Origin: an uncultured virus (IMG/VR IMGVR_UViG_3300020578_000012)
Lineage: Duplodnaviria > Heunggongvirae > Uroviricota > Caudoviricetes
IMG/VR virus record: IMGVR_UViG_3300020578_000012
DNA length: 64,000 bases
Strand: one strand, 5' to 3'
The position numbers and the translations under genes were made by a program. Position 1 is the first letter of the stretch, and each line of letters opens with the position of its first letter. Below are positions 8,144-19,300 of this stretch, piece by piece. The notes under the pieces are model-generated. The model was not told where the DNA came from. It saw nothing but the letters and a program-made list of their open reading frames with translations, and did no database searches.

Positions 8144-9337
8144 ATGGCAATCGTCAACAGCCCTCTTCGCAATCAAATTATGAGCGATCCGAAGGTCGTC
8201 AAAAATCCCCAATCCAATGCGAATAAAAATCCTAGTGGACCGCAAGCAAAATTGAGCAGTAGCCCCTATAACGTACAGGATTTAAGATTTCCTAAAGAAG
8301 TTGCAATCAATGCAAAGAATAAACATTGGATAAGATTTACGCCTACAATTCAACAAGCAGGTTCATATAAAACCAGTTTTGCTAATGGCGGATTAGGTTC
8401 TGCTGATGCAAACAGAGCAGAATTTGGCGGGCAACTAGGTTCTGGTGCCGATCCATTGAGTGCTGGTGCTGCATTAGCAGGTTTAGGTGCTATTGGTATT
8501 GCCGAAGGTGCCGTTACTGGCGATTTTGGTAAAGGTGGTGACATTTTAAAGAATGCATTGAGTAAAAGTAAATTAGGATTAGGAAAGGCAATTGGATTAG
8601 GATTATCCGTCGTTGGCTCTTTAGCAGTTACAGGTGCAGTTGTTGCTGGAATAGATCTAACTCGTAAGACGCGCCGAGCTGCATCTTATATCTCGCTCTA
8701 TATGCCAGACACAATAAATGTGACTGTTGTAAATGACTATGACCAATTAAGTTTAACTCAAGCATTAGGAAAGGCAGGTTTGGCAGCTCAATCTGGTGCA
8801 GAAATAGTTGGCGGAGAACTGAAAGCAGCTGGTGGCGGCGCAGGACCAGGAACAGCTGAAATTGGTGGGTTTTTGGCAGAAAAAACTGGTAATTTTGGTT
8901 CAGGAATTACTGACGCACTATTATTTTCAGCTGGCTATGCACAAAACCCACAAATTGAACTACTTTTTAAGTCTATTCAAAATCGTGAATTTCTTTTCGA
9001 TTTTAAATTCGTCCCAAAAACACAAGACGAATCTGTCGCAATTATAAACATCATTAAGGCATTTCGATATCATGCCGCACCAGAAATTCCAACGATAGGC
9101 GGTGGTAGATATTTCGTGCCACCAGATGAATTTGATATTCAATTTATGTATGGCGACTCTGAGAATAGAAATATACCAAAAGTTTCAACTTGTGTATTGC
9201 AAGGTATTGATGTAAACTATGCTTCTGCTGGTCAATGGACAACCTTCGCAAATGGTATGCCTGTTGAGATTGCTATGCAACTTCGATTTAAAGAAGTCGA
9301 GATTATGCACAAGAAACTTATCGAGAAGGGATACTGA
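8144..9337 (+). CDS. gp48: Baseplate tail-tube cap gp48
   Basis: ISLYMPD, NPQIELLFKS...R.F.FDFKF.PK...E, P.EFDIQF, CVL..IDVNY, F.E.EI. Confidence 0.87.
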   Translation: MAIVNSPLRNQIMSDPKVVKNPQSNANKNPSGPQAKLSSSPYNVQDLRFPKEVAINAKNKHWIRFTPTIQQAGSYKTSFANGGLGSADANRAEFGGQLGSGADPLSAGAALAGLGAIGIAEGAVTGDFGKGGDILKNALSKSKLGLGKAIGLGLSVVGSLAVTGAVVAGIDLTRKTRRAASYISLYMPDTINVTVVNDYDQLSLTQALGKAGLAAQSGAEIVGGELKAAGGGAGPGTAEIGGFLAEKTGNFGSGITDALLFSAGYAQNPQIELLFKSIQNREFLFDFKFVPKTQDESVAIINIIKAFRYHAAPEIPTIGGGRYFVPPDEFDIQFMYGDSENRNIPKVSTCVLQGIDVNYASAGQWTTFANGMPVEIAMQLRFKEVEIMHKKLIEKGY

Positions 9338-10011
9338 TGAAATATTTTGAGAGTTTTTCAAAATTAGTCTACACCTTCGGGCAAGATAATTTTAATCAAC
9401 AGTTGGTTACAAATATTTTTGCTCGATCTAACTTTTTGCGTGAAGTTGCAAATAATGTTGACATTGCTTATGAATATCAAGTTCAAGATTCAGACACACC
9501 TGAGATTATCGCACATAAAGTTTATGGCGATGCATATAGAAGCTGGATAGTTTTGCTGTACAACAAAATTATTAATCCTTACTATGATTGGCCAATGAAA
9601 AATGATGTTCTAGAGACGTATGTTGCAAACAAATACCACATAACATTAGAGCAATCAAAATCTACAATTCATCATTACGAGAAAGAAATAGAACAAACGG
9701 CAACTTATGGCGGTGTTGTGTTAGATAAAAATACAACAACCTATACAATATCTACATACGATTATAATCAAAATACTGGATCATTGGTATTAAACACATT
9801 ACCAAATACAGCAGATACTTATGTAACTATAAGTACCGAAACATTTAATTATAACACATATATTTTAACTGTTACTACTAATCATAAAGCAGTATCAAAT
9901 TTTACTTATGAATTTAATGAAAATGAAAAACGAAGAAAAATAAAGTTACTGGAAGATATCTACGTTGCTCAAATTGAACAAGAATTTAAAGAGATTATGA
10001 GAGATGGCTAA
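9337..10011 (+). CDS. gp53: Baseplate wedge protein gp53
   Basis: MKYFE.F, LysM-like DTPEIIAHKVYGD...WIVLLYN.II.P..DWP, E...NE.KRKIKLL. Confidence 0.9.
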   Translation: MKYFESFSKLVYTFGQDNFNQQLVTNIFARSNFLREVANNVDIAYEYQVQDSDTPEIIAHKVYGDAYRSWIVLLYNKIINPYYDWPMKNDVLETYVANKYHITLEQSKSTIHHYEKEIEQTATYGGVVLDKNTTTYTISTYDYNQNTGSLVLNTLPNTADTYVTISTETFNYNTYILTVTTNHKAVSNFTYEFNENEKRRKIKLLEDIYVAQIEQEFKEIMRDG

Positions 10012-11299
10012 CGGACCAGTAAGTTCCAAACAATCGTCCATACAAAAACTTAATCTGATTAATTCTGGTGGGCAAAGCATAAATCTTGCTGAAATATATG
10101 TTCAATTGCAAATCTACCAAGATATATTTGCGCAATGTATGTCAGGTAAATTGTTGGTGGTCGATTCAAAAGAAACATTCACAAATTTTTATCTCTGCGG
10201 TAATGAATATTTACATGTTGTTCTTGACAAACCTGGATTAAATCGACCTTTTGAAAGAATCTTTAGAGTGTATAAAGTTGCAGATAGAAAAGCAACTTCT
10301 AATTCTGGTCAGATGTATGATGTTTATTTTTGTTCAGATGAATTTATTTCTTCAAATTCTATGCTTGTAAGTAAATCATATAAATCTACTAAAATTAAAG
10401 ATGTAGTTCTAGATATTTTAAGCAAAGAACTTAAAGTAGAGTCTAATCGTATTGCTAAATTAGAAGACACGCAAGGAAATTTTGATTTTATTATTCCAGC
10501 ATATCGTCCATTTGAAGCAATACAATGGGCAACGGCTCGCGGTTATGCTCAAGATAAATTTTGTTATATGTTTTTTGAAAATAAAGATGGCTTTCAATTA
10601 ACATCATTACAAACAATGATGAAGCAAAAACCATATAAAAAAATAAAGTATGAAGTTAAGTTGTCGGATAGCGATCCATCATTGAATAAAGACTCAATGG
10701 ACGACTTTGAGATTATAAATGACTTTGATATGATCACTTCAATGACAAATGGATCGTTCGCCTCAAGATTGCTTACTATTGACTTATTTTCTCAGAAACA
10801 TGAGACTCTTGATTATAGTTTAGAAGTTGCTGAAGCCAAGAAAAATCTACTAAACAAATTTAAACCTGTTAATAGTTTTAAAAATTCTAAAGATCAAACT
10901 CTTTTTACTGCCTATAATTCGTTTTTTAGAACTTATTTGACGATAAACGACACAAAATCAGAAAAAAGTAACGATATTAAATTTTGGTTACTACCAAGAG
11001 CATTACATATGTCTCTTTTAAATCATTTTCGCATTAAAGTTACGCTTCCTGGTGACACGGAAATGAAGGCAGGAGACGTTGTTGAGGTCGAATTTCCACT
11101 TTTTGAAGGAAAACAGAGTGGTGGAAGAAGTTTGAATAAAAAATTATCTGGAAAGTACATTGTTTCTGCTGTAAACTATAAAATTATTCGTGAGGAAAAC
11201 TCATTTGAGTGTGTTGCTGAACTTGCAACTGATTCTTTCTCTGAACCACTACCAGCAGCCAAAGATGGATTGAATAAATTGGCTAAAAAGGGTAAATAA
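10004..11299 (+). CDS. Baseplate hub protein (gp27-like)
   Basis: Between gp53 and gp5; Y.FFENKDGF, PGD...KAGDVV, LSGKYIVSAV motifs of the hub fold. Confidence 0.7.
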   Translation: MANGPVSSKQSSIQKLNLINSGGQSINLAEIYVQLQIYQDIFAQCMSGKLLVVDSKETFTNFYLCGNEYLHVVLDKPGLNRPFERIFRVYKVADRKATSNSGQMYDVYFCSDEFISSNSMLVSKSYKSTKIKDVVLDILSKELKVESNRIAKLEDTQGNFDFIIPAYRPFEAIQWATARGYAQDKFCYMFFENKDGFQLTSLQTMMKQKPYKKIKYEVKLSDSDPSLNKDSMDDFEIINDFDMITSMTNGSFASRLLTIDLFSQKHETLDYSLEVAEAKKNLLNKFKPVNSFKNSKDQTLFTAYNSFFRTYLTINDTKSEKSNDIKFWLLPRALHMSLLNHFRIKVTLPGDTEMKAGDVVEVEFPLFEGKQSGGRSLNKKLSGKYIVSAVNYKIIREENSFECVAELATDSFSEPLPAAKDGLNKLAKKGK

Positions 11300-13017
11300 T
11301 GCCTGGTGCAATTAAAAATTTTATAGGATTAGAAGGATTTATATGGTGGATCGGCGTTGTTGAAGATCGCCAGGATCCAGAACAACTTGGTCGCGTCCGT
11401 GTTCGTTGTTTTGGATTTCACTCAGATGACAAATCATTAATTCCGACTGATTCATTACCATGGGCACATCCAATTTTACCAATTAATGCTCCTAATGTGT
11501 ATACACCGAAAGAAGGAGACATGGTTTTTGGATTTTTTGTCGATGGAACGAATGCTCAGAATCCTGCTATTCTTGGAATTTTCCCAGGCAAACCCGAAGA
11601 AAAACCAAAGTATGAAAGAGGATTCTCTGATCCAGGAAATACGCTTTCTGGTCGTCCTAAAAAACCAGATGATGATTCTGACAAGTATCCAAAGAGTAAA
11701 TATTTAAAAGAACCAACGCTCAACAGATTATCTCGCGGTAAAGTTGATAGTACAATTATAGCAACTCGAAAGAAAAATCTAAAAAAGAATGTAAAGTCTG
11801 CTGGTGGTGTTAATTGGAGCGAACCTGCGCCATCTTTTAAACCAAAATACCCATACAACAATGCTCTTGAATCTGAATCGGGGCATGCACTAGAATTTGA
11901 TGATACACCTGGTAATGAGCGCGTACATTTGGCTCATCGTAAGGGTGCATACATGGAATATGATAAAGATGGCTCTAAAATTCAGAGAGTTCAGAAAGAT
12001 AATTATTCTGTGATTATGGGCGATGACTTTATTTACATCAAAGGCAAAGCTGCAATTACAGTTGATGGTAATTTTAATCTTAAAACAAAAACAATTAACA
12101 TTGAAGCATCTGAGATTAACATGGCAGCTGATGGTGCCGTTAAAATCAAAGGCAGCTCGGTTAAAATTGAATCAACAGGTGGAATGGACCTCAAAGCTGG
12201 CGGCGGTGGTAAATTTACAGCTGGTGGGCGACTAGATTTGAAGGGTGCCACAGCTGGTCTTGGTGGTGCTACGGTTGATATCCCAGCTGGAAAGGTAAAT
12301 ATCCAAAGCGGATCAGTGAAATCAGCTTCTGGCACTGGATTGAAGGGTGGTGGATCAACACCATCATCAGAAGATGTACAAGAATCCGCAAGTGATGCAG
12401 CTGCACTGGCAGCAAACCCAGCTGCGAAAGCAAATTCTGTTTCAGCTGGCGCTGATTCATTGCAGGAAGTTAAAGTTACATCTAAGAAAGTTGAAGTTCC
12501 AAAGGGTCAATCAGTTCTCGGAAAAATTGCTGGCGGTATCACATCAACCATCAGTGGTGTGGCTCAATCTCTTGGCGCTGCCGCTGATGGTATCATTAAA
12601 GATTTTGCTAACAAACTGCCAATAGGAGAATTGGCAGGTAAAGTTGATGGGTTTGGTATCGCTATTAATAATAATGTAGCTGATATTATCTCATTAGCGA
12701 GAGATCCTAAGCAGTTCCTTTTGAATAGGATAGATCAAGTTTCCCAGCTGGCGTTTAATAACAATGTGGAATTTAAGTTTGACCGTACAATTCAAAATGA
12801 AATTTTGACAACAGTTTATAACATTGCACAAAATCAACTAACAAATGTGATCGCTAAACACACTTATCCTAAAACGGAAACTATTCAGATCGACAATGTT
12901 CCATCATATGCTGCGAACCCAGAAGTTTTTGAGCGATTTGAGGCTCAAACTGATGAAGCTGAACAAAACCAAGAAGTGCTTGATATATTAAAGTCTATTA
13001 ATGGGGGTCAGTCATAA
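11299..13017 (+). CDS. gp5: Baseplate central spike gp5 (OB-fold plus beta-helix, no lysozyme domain, C-terminal extension)
   Basis: WWIGVVEDRQDPEQLGRVRVRC.G.H, LPWA, YPYN...ESESGH..EFDDTPG.ER. Confidence 0.9.
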   Translation: MPGAIKNFIGLEGFIWWIGVVEDRQDPEQLGRVRVRCFGFHSDDKSLIPTDSLPWAHPILPINAPNVYTPKEGDMVFGFFVDGTNAQNPAILGIFPGKPEEKPKYERGFSDPGNTLSGRPKKPDDDSDKYPKSKYLKEPTLNRLSRGKVDSTIIATRKKNLKKNVKSAGGVNWSEPAPSFKPKYPYNNALESESGHALEFDDTPGNERVHLAHRKGAYMEYDKDGSKIQRVQKDNYSVIMGDDFIYIKGKAAITVDGNFNLKTKTINIEASEINMAADGAVKIKGSSVKIESTGGMDLKAGGGGKFTAGGRLDLKGATAGLGGATVDIPAGKVNIQSGSVKSASGTGLKGGGSTPSSEDVQESASDAAALAANPAAKANSVSAGADSLQEVKVTSKKVEVPKGQSVLGKIAGGITSTISGVAQSLGAAADGIIKDFANKLPIGELAGKVDGFGIAINNNVADIISLARDPKQFLLNRIDQVSQLAFNNNVEFKFDRTIQNEILTTVYNIAQNQLTNVIAKHTYPKTETIQIDNVPSYAANPEVFERFEAQTDEAEQNQEVLDILKSINGGQS

Positions 13018-13928
13018 TGGCATTAACAGAAGCAAAAGCAAAAATTATTGCTAAAATCGAGGCTAAACTTTTAGATAAAATCAATGACATTAAAACGAAC
13101 GGTGGAACTAATCTGCAGCAAATAAAGACGGTCACAGTTGGTGGATTGCCTGTAGCAATTAGAACGGGTGGTGCAGGAGCTCTTGGTGGTGCGCTTGGAA
13201 AAATTGCATCTGTTGTTCAAGAAGCTGGGTCTATTGCCTCATTAGTCCAAAATCCTGTTGGATTGGCGCAATCCGCCATTGGAAGTGCTGTGAGTGGTGT
13301 AAGTGGTAAATTGGGTGACATTACAGGTAAACTTACTGGTGGTCAGTTATCTAATATAACAAACGCCATATCTCAAGTTACGACAAAACTAGGCGATCTT
13401 CAGGCTCATACATCTAATCTTTCTGGCTTATCCTCTGCGATAAATGATGCCGTACCAGATTTTAAGAAACTACAGAATGTCGGTGAGATGTTAAATGGAT
13501 TGGGCTCTGACACTACCAAAGGGTTTCTTGCTAATACCGCAGGCGCTCTTAAATCAGGCGACACTCTTAACACAATTAAAGATAAACTAAACATAAGCGT
13601 TCAGTCTAAAATGGATCAGATTTTAAGATTAGATTCCGGAACAATATCTGGGCAGACTGCGATAGCAACTATTGTAACGGATATTAATGAACTACTAAAT
13701 AATCAAGCAAATGTTATGAATGACATTGTTGAAATAGATACAAATAATTTTAATGAGGCTTCTAATAATTTAACGGCATCTTCCGATGTTATAGGTCTAA
13801 CAGACGAATACAATGACCCAGATAGCGTAACTTATTCTATGTTTGTTGATCTTGGTGTCGCCAAAGAATCTACGTTAACAGCATTTGACAATGCCGTAGA
13901 GCAATCTGAGCAGGAATTTGAGGGATAG
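13017..13928 (+). CDS. Hypothetical Gly/Ala/Ser-rich helical virion-associated protein
   Basis: 303-aa ORF coupled to gp5 (TAATG); no recognisable motif. Confidence 0.6.
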   Translation: MALTEAKAKIIAKIEAKLLDKINDIKTNGGTNLQQIKTVTVGGLPVAIRTGGAGALGGALGKIASVVQEAGSIASLVQNPVGLAQSAIGSAVSGVSGKLGDITGKLTGGQLSNITNAISQVTTKLGDLQAHTSNLSGLSSAINDAVPDFKKLQNVGEMLNGLGSDTTKGFLANTAGALKSGDTLNTIKDKLNISVQSKMDQILRLDSGTISGQTAIATIVTDINELLNNQANVMNDIVEIDTNNFNEASNNLTASSDVIGLTDEYNDPDSVTYSMFVDLGVAKESTLTAFDNAVEQSEQEFEG

Positions 13929-13931
13929 TAA

Positions 13932-14324
13932 ATGAGTTTGGTCGCTCGAAAATACACAGATTTTGACTTAAATTTCGGAATTCATCCAGTCACAAAGGAT
14001 ATTTTAAAAAAGAAAGACGAGAACTCTATTGCGCAATCAATTAAAACACTGCTCCTCACTTCGCATTATGAAAGACCATTTAATCCAGATTTAGGTTCAA
14101 ATCTAAAGAGATTTTTGTTTGAGCCAATAGATGATGTAACTACAACACTCATCCGTGATTCAATATTTGAAACATTAAAAAACTATGAGCCAAGAATAAC
14201 TATTGAGGAAATAACTGCAACACCTAATTTTGATCTTGATCAATATGATGTTACAATAACTTTTTTTATAAAAAATGTTTTAGATCCAATAACAATCTCA
14301 TTTTTCTTGGAGCGAATAAGATAA
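13932..14324 (+). CDS. gp25: Baseplate wedge protein gp25
   Basis: SI..LLLT...ERPF.PDLGS.L...LFEP, YEPRI. Confidence 0.93.
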   Translation: MSLVARKYTDFDLNFGIHPVTKDILKKKDENSIAQSIKTLLLTSHYERPFNPDLGSNLKRFLFEPIDDVTTTLIRDSIFETLKNYEPRITIEEITATPNFDLDQYDVTITFFIKNVLDPITISFFLERIR

Positions 14325-14327
14325 CAA

Positions 14328-16391
14328 ATGGCAAACCAAGACGCTAAACTCAAAGTTGCTGAACTCGACTTTGATACAATTAAAGATAATTTAAAGAATT
14401 TTCTAAAATCGCAATCAGAATTCAGCGATTATAATTTTGAAGGATCGGGTTTATCCGTCCTTCTAGATATTCTTGCATACAACACACATTACATGGGATA
14501 TTATCTTAATATGGTATCTAATGAAATGTTTATTGATACCGCTTTAAGTCGCTCTTCGGTTGTCTCGCATGCAAAATTATTGGGTTATACTCCTAGATCA
14601 ACTGTTGCCTCTCGCGCCACAATTAATGTTTCATTTACACCTGTAACGAGTGACGCTAACAGCACAGTTGTCATTCCTAGATTTACAAGATTTTTATCTG
14701 AGTCAAAAGATGGGACCAATTTCGTATTTGTAAATCCATCTTCTAGAACAATCACAAAAAATAATAGCACTGGGTTATTTACAACTGAGAATTTAGAGGT
14801 AAAGGAAGGACAACCTTTGGCGATTACATTTACATACAGTTCTCAAACAAATCCAAGACAAATATTTGAATTACCTGAGTCTAATATTGACACATCAACA
14901 ATAGAAGTTCGTGTGCAGGTATCTGCTGAAAATGCTACTCAAAACACTTACATTCTAGCAAGCGACGCTACAGATGTTGATTCAAATGCTTTAGTTTATT
15001 ATATTGAAGAAAATAAAAACGGCAAATATCAAATTTATTTCGGTGATGGAATTATTGGTAAAAAATTACTAGATGGTAATATTTTAATCGTATCTTATAT
15101 TTCTTCTTCGGGATTGATTGCTAATGGTCTACAAACATTTAAATTAGTTGATACAATTCTTCCAGGTAGCACAGTATCCATTACGACGAATTCTGCATCA
15201 ACTTCAGGGGCAGCGGCAGAAGATATAGAAAGTATTCGATTTACAGCGCCAAAAGCATTTATATCACAAAATCGTGCAGTTACTAAAAATGATTATATTG
15301 CACTTATTAATCGGGATTATCCGTATTTCCAAGCAGTAAATGTTTGGGGTGGTGAGGAAAATGTGCCACCAGTTTATGGTAAAGTTTATTTTACCGCAAA
15401 ACCTGTTGGTGGATATGAAATTACATCTACTGAAATTGAGTATGTAAAAAATTCCATTATAAAACCATTTAGTATTTTAACTGTGACGCCTGAGTATGTC
15501 TCAGCAGATTATAATTATCTTAATTTAAATGTTAACATTTATTTTGATCCAACTAAAACAACAAAAACGCCTGATGAGATCAGTGCATTAGTGATTGGAT
15601 CAATTCAAAATTTTGCTAATACAAATTTAAATTCATTTAACTCCACATTCAGAGTCTCCCAATTGTCAAGAGCAATTGATGATTCAGATTTTTCTGTTGT
15701 AAGTAATGATCTTGAAGTTGTGCTAGAAAAACGATTTACAGTTGATGTAACAAGATCGGCAACATACACTTTAAATTATGGTGCAGCATTACTGCAGGGA
15801 ACGACTTCTAAGAAGTTGTATTCTTATCCATCATTTAAATATCTAGACTCTACTGGGATTGCTCGCGACTCTTTCATTGAAGAAGTGTTGCAGTCATATA
15901 CAGGAATTGATTCTATAGATGTTGTGTTCTCTGGAAGTGAATATGTATCAACACCATCAGTTATTATTGAAGGTGATGGAACTGGGGCAAAAGCAAGAGC
16001 ACTTATTGTCAACGGTGCATTAAAAAGAATTGAGGTCACTGATCCTGGCAGTGGATACACCTCAGCCTCAGTTTCTATTTCCGGAGGCAGTGGATCGGGA
16101 GCAACTGCAAAAGCCAATCTACAAGGACGCCAAGGAAAACTTAGAATTTATTATTATGACGTAAATCAAATTAAAAGAGTCATCACCGAAGATGCAGGCG
16201 ATGTCGACTATCAAAATGGAGTTGTTGTGCTACGAAATTTTGCACCAACTTCTATTTCTGATCCATTTGGAACGTTGGTGATAAAAGTTGTTCCGTTGAA
16301 TAAAATATTCAAATCAGAAAAAAATACAATATTAACGCTGGATATTTCCGATCCAACTGCTATCAGCACAAGTATAACATCCGTAGTGTAA
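14328..16391 (+). CDS. gp6: Baseplate wedge protein gp6
   Basis: ELDFD.IK.NLK.FL, DYNFEGSGLSVLLDILAYNTHY, FGDG..GK, QNRAVT..DY, WGGE.N.PP.YGKV. Confidence 0.95.
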   Translation: MANQDAKLKVAELDFDTIKDNLKNFLKSQSEFSDYNFEGSGLSVLLDILAYNTHYMGYYLNMVSNEMFIDTALSRSSVVSHAKLLGYTPRSTVASRATINVSFTPVTSDANSTVVIPRFTRFLSESKDGTNFVFVNPSSRTITKNNSTGLFTTENLEVKEGQPLAITFTYSSQTNPRQIFELPESNIDTSTIEVRVQVSAENATQNTYILASDATDVDSNALVYYIEENKNGKYQIYFGDGIIGKKLLDGNILIVSYISSSGLIANGLQTFKLVDTILPGSTVSITTNSASTSGAAAEDIESIRFTAPKAFISQNRAVTKNDYIALINRDYPYFQAVNVWGGEENVPPVYGKVYFTAKPVGGYEITSTEIEYVKNSIIKPFSILTVTPEYVSADYNYLNLNVNIYFDPTKTTKTPDEISALVIGSIQNFANTNLNSFNSTFRVSQLSRAIDDSDFSVVSNDLEVVLEKRFTVDVTRSATYTLNYGAALLQGTTSKKLYSYPSFKYLDSTGIARDSFIEEVLQSYTGIDSIDVVFSGSEYVSTPSVIIEGDGTGAKARALIVNGALKRIEVTDPGSGYTSASVSISGGSGSGATAKANLQGRQGKLRIYYYDVNQIKRVITEDAGDVDYQNGVVVLRNFAPTSISDPFGTLVIKVVPLNKIFKSEKNTILTLDISDPTAISTSITSVV

Positions 16392-16395
16392 TATA

Positions 16396-19300
16396 ATGTC
16401 AGCAGCAGAAAAAATAGTTTCAGCTTTTATACCATCTCAGCTTCCTGATTTTATAAAAGCAGATAATCCTAAATTCAAAAGATTTTTAGAATTATATTAT
16501 CAATGGCTTGAACAAAATAATCCTGACGGCATTTCAAATACTGCAGGTAATACAATCTATCATGCAACGCAAATCTCTAGTTATAGAGACATTGATGATA
16601 CGCCATCTGAATTCATAAAGTATTTCAGAGATGAATTACTGCCGTATGTTCCAGAAAATGCCTCTCTTGATATTCGAAAAATATTAAAAAGCGCAAGAGA
16701 ATTTTATAGTAAAAAAGGTAGTGATGAGTCAGTAAAGTGGCTCTTTAGAGCATTGTTTAATGAAGATATTGAACTCAATTATCCAAAAGAACAAATTTTA
16801 ATTACTTCTGATGGTAAATGGAAAAAACCTAAAGCATTTAGAATTACTGTTTCTGAAACTAATAAAACAGTTGATGTTAATTTACTAGAAAAAAGAATTG
16901 TCACAGGTAAAAATTCTGGAGCAACTTGTTTTGTAGAATCAGCAAATAGAACTGTAGATGTTGATAGTGGGCGTGAAATTATTGAAATTTACATTTCAAA
17001 TATTAAAAGATTTTTTGAAAATGGCGAATTTATCATTATTAACTATGTAGACGCGAATGGCGTAGAAAAGGTATTCTCAGAAAAAATTATCGGCACATTA
17101 TCTAATATTCGTGTTGATTCAAATATTCGAACTGATCCACAACAAAAACGCCGTGGTTTATTGTATAATGTCGGCGATCCAGTAGTAATAACTGGTGGTC
17201 TTGCACTTACTGCAGAAGCTGAAGATGCTATAGCAATTGTTGGAAATGTTACTATAGGTTCTATTGAAGAAGTAAATGTGGTGTTTCCTGGGTATGGATA
17301 CAGAGTTTACCCACCAAACACAGAAGTTCTTGTCTTAAGATCTATTGGCGATGATCCAGCCGCAAATTTAAGCACAGACCTAAGATTACAAGCTCTTAAT
17401 CTTTCTTCCGTCTCGAGTAACAGTCAACGCACATTCACAGAAAACATTACTTACAGCAAAACAGTAATTGAATTTGCTAAAGATTATGACATTGGTAATG
17501 CGAACATAGCAGTCTTTACATTAAATACAAAAAATGCATTATTAAATGTTACAGAAGATGATGCTAATGACGATTTTAATAACTATGAACAAATATGGGC
17601 TAATGGTAACAACTTTAGTGATGCATTATTTACTGCAAAAATAGCAACACCAAATGGCGGTGATGGCGGACCATTTGGATCTGGTGGTGCGGCATACACA
17701 GGTGGATTAATCATTTATGACATTGCGAATACTGGCGCACTTTCAACAGTATTGACAGGCGCATCAATTTATACTAAAAATACTTCTAAAGAATTTGTAT
17801 TTAATTCAATCACAACATACCCATTACCTGCTAATGCTAATGCAAAATTAATCCAGTTTTTTGATTACGAAACTGTTGAAACTGGTGGCGTGGCATTAAT
17901 TTCAGTTATAAACGGCGGATTTGGTTTTAGATCAGAACCACTTCTTGATGTGGTTTCTCATTATGATACAAATCTATCTGATAACTATGATTATGAAATA
18001 GAAGCCGAACGTAATAATAAAAGGCAGTACTGGCAAACATTCAAGGATTTAGGTCAAGTTGCTCACGTTTACATCAATAATCCAGGAATTGGATATTCAA
18101 ATTCAGATACAATTTCGTTTGTCGGACGTGGTTATGGCGGTAATGCATCGATCACTGTAAATGGATCAGGTTCAATTATTAACGTCAGTATTTTAGATAG
18201 AGGCGAAGGTCACACTGTCAGACCGAATTGCCAAATTACAACAGCAGGTGGCACTGGTGCATCGTTAACTGCATTTTTATTTGGAGACGGATTTGATTAT
18301 ACAATTGAAACAAATGCGATCGGAAGAGTTCAAAATTTACGTTTATTATATCGCGGATTCGATTATACCGCTGTACCAAATACGTCATTAAAAGTCGTGG
18401 ATACAGTAATCACAGCCATCCCAGAAAATGAAGGATTTGTTGAACAAGAATACGTTTACCAAGGTGCGTCTTTCGCTGCATCTACATTTAGAGCGAATGT
18501 TAAATCATACACCAGATCTACAAATGTTCTAAGACTTTATGATTATTCTGGCACTATTAATACAACTGTTCCGATTATAAGTGCTAATGGGGTCACATGT
18601 AACGTAAATACGTCGGCACATGTTCCAGCGCCAGCGCAATACCCAGCAGCAGCAATTGCAAGTGGATTGGTAAATCCAATGTATTATGGTAATGGGCGCG
18701 CTAAAGCAAATGCTCAATTCGCTAATGGCTTGATAGAATTTAATGGATTCTATCTAAATTCAGATGGATTCCCAAGTTCAGATAAAAGATTGCAAGACGA
18801 TACAATATATCACAATTTCTCATACATTGTTCAGTCAGAAAAGAGTCTTTCGGAATTTGAAATTCCATTAAGGAACATTGCACACCCAGCAGGTTTAGAA
18901 CTACTGGCAAGAACAGTATTAAAATCATCTTCTTCTACAGAAGCAATAAGCAAATCTAATGTAGATCTGATATTGCCAATTAATACTGCATCAACTATCG
19001 TGGTTTCAAACACATTCTCAAATGTTGTAACTGGAACTAATACAGCATTCCTTGTTGCATCATATAAGGCTAACGTCGGTGATATGTTTATTCTAGTAGA
19101 CAACACAAATATACTTAGAACTCAATCTAAGATTATTACAGCTGTTGATAGTAACACGTCTTTAAATGTTGCTGGTGATTTTATATACGTCGGTCAAGGT
19201 AAATTAAAAACAAATACGGGAAATACGCACTTTGAGATTTCAAGTAATGTAAATGCTGTAAGCGATTTTGTGGCTACAGGTGACCAAGTTAGAGTCAACA

